64,000 nucleotides of DNA from Anthoceros angustus. Taxonomy: Eukaryota; Plantae; Anthocerotophyta. The notes under the pieces were generated by a model, which searched no databases, was not told the origin of the DNA, and saw nothing but the letters and a program-made list of their open reading frames with translations. The DNA lies in the NCBI GenBank assembly GCA_010909165.1, contig VJWM01000044.1, positions 1,488,001 through 1,552,000 on the forward strand, written 5' to 3'. This document shows, piece by piece, positions 60,164-64,000 of the stretch. The position numbers were made by a program, and so were the translations under genes. The number at the start of each line of letters is the position of its first letter. Position 1 is the first letter of the stretch.

Positions 60164-62647
60164 ATGGCCTCCCTGCCTGGCCCCAAGCCCGGTATCCACA
60201 GCCAGCCCGAGAACGGCCTCCACTTCCGCCCGCTCTGCAAGGGCCTCACTGTCGGGGCCGTCATCGGGATCCTGTACTGCTTTGCGATGCGGGATTTGGG
60301 CATTGGGCTGGAGATGCCCCGCAACATCGTGAATTTCTACGGCTCGGGTCCATTCAATTTCACTTCCATCGCTTCCAGTTAAGCTCGCATCCGGTTTCGG
60401 GCCCTGCCCACTGGCGTGGAAGTCCGTCAAGAGTTTTTTGTTGTGATGACAGAATTGTCACATCTGGCTGCATTGCAGGTGCAGCAACCCCTTTCTGGCC
60501 TGAGGAGCAACGAGTGAAGTGGGTTCTTGCTCTCTGGGAAGCCTCCGCGCTGTTGAACTTCTCGAGGAGTCCTGCGGATCCCGTCGTCGTGCAGGCTCAG
60601 CACATGCTTCACAATGTGACGCTTCCACCTCCCCATTTGGAGAATTGCGAAGAGCGGGTTGTGGAATATGGGAAATTGGATTCGCGAGACAGTGATGGCA
60701 ACCGGCCTGCTTGGTCGCTGTGGAAAGGCCGCATTGGGTGGTTGCCAAGGGACGGTCCTGTTGATGTTGATGAATCAGAAGAGATGCTTGGGAACCACAC
60801 GGCATTGCTATGGGGGCCGTTTCCTCCTTGGGTAATATCCTGCCCAACGCTCTTCCTCAATAAACACACCTTGTTTGTTTACATGCGCTGGAAAATCAGC
60901 AACAAATTGAATGACCTCCAGCTCTCAAGCTTGTCCTGGTTAGCAATCTAATGTGTTGCTGTTTTTCCAAGCACGAGAATAACATTGCCCCACATCACTG
61001 CAGATCGAAGGGGCCGAGGAGGATAATCTGCCATTCACTCGGAGGGTGCAGCGGGATCTCTGGCTTCTTCAGCATCCACGTGACTGTGGGGACGAAAGTG
61101 TCCGCTTCTTGGTACTGGACTGGGAAACCAGATCGCATTTAGGGTTAGGGGCGCAGATAAATCACATTGCCGGAGTGTTTGCATTTGCTGTGCGAGAAAG
61201 GCGTGTGCTAGTGACACAGAACTTCAATAGGGCAGAACATGAAGGGTGCCAAGGTGACCACTGTCTCGTTCTCCTCCTTCAAGCTGGCAGCAAATAGCAG
61301 CAGCTGCTGAACGCTCGGCTTTGGTGGGTGCAGGTTCAGATTTCATGAGGTGGTCTTGTTATTTCGTGTCGGAGACAACACAAGAATGCAGGCACAGGGC
61401 TGAACAGCTCATGAGTGATCAGAAGGCTTTGGATGATGGACGGGTTCTACTTGGTGGCCGTCTCAAGGGACCACAGTATGACGCATGGCTGGGCCTGCCT
61501 CCAGAGTATGTGTCCACCACCCTCCGACTTCCTGTCAATTCGTCTCAGCATCTCCACTGACCCAATTGTGAGCCTCCGCTGCTGGGCAGCTTGACACTGA
61601 GGCCTTACCACCGAATTCCCCTGTCTCTCCAGACTGTGGGGTACTCCGTGGAATCACATGCAGCCTACATCCGAAGTGAGCGGCAAGCTATTGGTGGATT
61701 ACAACAGAAAGTACCTGCGATGGTGGCGTTCGCAGGTACTGTATGCATATTCAACCATTTGATCGGTTTTTGAAATTTTTGCAGCAAAAGCTCACCTAAT
61801 GCCCACGGCTTTCAGGTTATCCGGTATTTAATGCGATTTCCCAGCCAACGCATGTGCATGCTGCTCAACAAGGCCCGGCATGAAGCATTTGGAGTAAGGG
61901 CTGCTACCAGAGTGCTGCAGTCTGCCACTGAGGTACTGAACACTCTCTCGAGAAACCTATTGAAGCAAGTCTGTCAACTCTTTTACGACACAACACTAAT
62001 TGACGGTGTCTACGGAAGTGTCTGTCCAGATCGGAGAGCACCACATGGTACAGGAGGCAGACATGGAAAGGTGGATCTGGACAAACCAGAAACCCTGGAT
62101 TCCCAGACCCTTGCTGAGCGTCCATGTCCGGCAGGGGGACAAAGCCAAGGAAATGACCATGGTAGATTTCCGGGGCTACATGGCTCTTGCCAATAGACTG
62201 CGGAACCGGTTTCCCCAAGTTGAAGACATTTGGCTGTCCTCTGAAATGCAGGTGACTCCTCAACCTCCTCTTGCAGGAAACCCTTAAAATGGGCAGTGGG
62301 ATTTCAACTTTGTCTCTTGTCCATCAAACCCTGAAAAACCACGGCATACTCACGTGACTCGCCTGCAGGATGTGATTGACTCTTCCACCACATACCCCGG
62401 CTGGAACTTCTACTTCACCAAAGTCCCCCGCCAGTCGGGCAACACCACAATGCGCGCCTACGAGGCAAGCCTCGGAAGGCAAAGAAGCTCCGAGAACGCG
62501 TTCGTCAACTTCCTCATGGCGGCCGACGCCGACTTCTTCGTGGGCGCTCTGGGCTCCAGTTGGTGTTACCTCATCGACGGAATGCGTAGCACCGGCGGCA
62601 AACAAATGTCTGGTTACCTCAGTGTGAACAAGGACAGATATTGGTAG
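60164..62647 (+). CDS. GT23/FUT8-like protein, copy C; exons 60164-60377, 60479-60831, 61004-61253, 61334-61505, 61633-61735, 61816-61932, 62030-62251, 62369-62647; ~569 aa
   Basis: Same motifs (SVHVRQGDK, IWLSSE, NFLMAADADFFVGALGSSW) and intron positions; TM helix GLTVGAVIGILYCF. Confidence 0.9.
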
Positions 62648-64000
62648 CAAAAGCAGCAGCAGCCAGCGGCTCTTTCAATGGTCGCCATAGCAATTGCGGT
62701 GCGTCTCTTCTGCCGCACTGCCAGCATTCACCTCGCCGGTTGAAGGCAGCGGTTGGGGGTGGTTGGTTGCCACAACCAGGCGAACTGGAACTGCCAGTAG
62801 TAACGGTGAACTGTCAGCTGTGCTCAATCCCGTGACAAATGTGAATGGAACCTCGTCACCCGTTCCGTTTACCCGGATGCGGTTAGCGCCATCTGGCCGT
62901 CATGTCACTCCACGTGGCCGCTTGACAACGGGCCGTGACGCCACATCAGCCACCGCTGCCTCCGTGGCGGGGACAGGAGACGCTTCATCAGCGTTCGTGG
63001 TCCCTGGGAAGGACAGCCCGGCCAAGGTGGAGGGAAGGCAAATCGGTGCCTCTGCTCTGATGGCTCCAACTGTGATGGGTAGTCGACATTCGGGCACACG
63101 AAATAAACCAACCCGGTGCCTTCCAGTTAACTTGATGAATGCATTTGGGACACGGCGCTCTCCCTGGTTGCATTGCTCTCATCCCGGAATCTGACTCAGT
63201 ATTTTTCATCAGTTGAAGGCGAGCTTGCAACGGTACTGCTGGCCATGGATTGGGACCTCTCTAGGCATGTATGTGGGAGGCTCTAGCCGGTTGCATGGCA
63301 TGGCACGGCGGGTTATGATTGTGCATGTTGTTACCGGTGATGACAGATAGTGCGCTGAGTTGGAGTTTCTGTGTGTCATCAATCCCCTTCTGCTCCAGAT
63401 GGAAGTGTGCTCGCAATCATCCGTGCTTGCTGCCGCAGCGGGGCCCGGGGACGATATCTGGACGAATTTCAAGATCTACTCTAGTTTCAAAGCTGAAGCG
63501 AGTGTGATCTTAGTGTGTGTGCCGCCGCAGCGGAGCTGAGCACATTGTAAGCAGATGTGAACTCGTGTATTTTTGTGGTGATCGGGTCTCTGGAGAATCC
63601 GATCTGCGAAATTCTCGCTCCAGCATTGAATTTGTGTTTCTGTGGAGCAGCTTTGTACATTGCAAGCATTTGAAGCGCTTGCAAAATATTTGCGAGGAGA
63701 AATGGGGAGGAGAAGCTTTGGTGAAGAGATGGGGCAGATTTGGCAGCGGCTGGTTGGCAAGCACCGCTTCCTCGTGGCAGTGATTCTCTTCATCGCATTT
63801 CCCCCCCTCTTTAACCTGGTTGCCTACTTCTTTCCCCTCCTGCTGTGCACTGGTCTGTGCGTAGCTGTTTTCAGATCAATGGGAGATGAGGTTGAGCAGG
63901 ATTGTGCAAGAGCAGGAACTTCAAGGGAAAGCAGCCTGCAGAGATGGGTAAACGAAGTCTGCGCCTTCCCCAGGCCCGGGCCGGCGCCAGGGACAATGTT

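Noticed and set aside
63875-64000. Open frame MGDEVEQDCARAG.. running off the window end
   Set aside because: Too short to support; it may be a gene start but shows no homology evidence.

Overview
Eukaryotic nuclear DNA from a land plant. The GC-rich exons and short GT-AG introns of about 75-190 bp suggest a compact non-seed-plant genome such as a hornwort (inference). Host genes: a tRNA-Trp(CCA), an intron-containing cytosolic small heat-shock protein with HSE/TATA promoter, an intact GT92 (GALS-like galactan synthase) gene with two pseudogenised GT92 fragments, and a tandem trio of intact 8-exon GT23/FUT8-like fucosyltransferase genes. About 40 kb is transposon-derived. This includes two tail-to-tail copies of an APE-type LINE with (TTC)n tails and short elements sharing its 3' stem-loop; a Ty1/copia with a shared-LTR tandem partial copy fused to a GT92 fragment; a young copia (identical TG..TA LTRs, TSD CTTCA) with an Athila/Tat-like gypsy nested in its RNase H (TSD GAAGA); copia RT relics; a block of nested tandem repeats with a duplicated 1.8-kb Cys/His-rich unit; and a ~0.5-kb hAT MITE (18-bp TIR, 8-bp TSD) carrying a 4.3-kb solo-LTR-like insert. 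Many repeats are full of small indels while the genes are clean, so some TE decay may be long-read consensus error.
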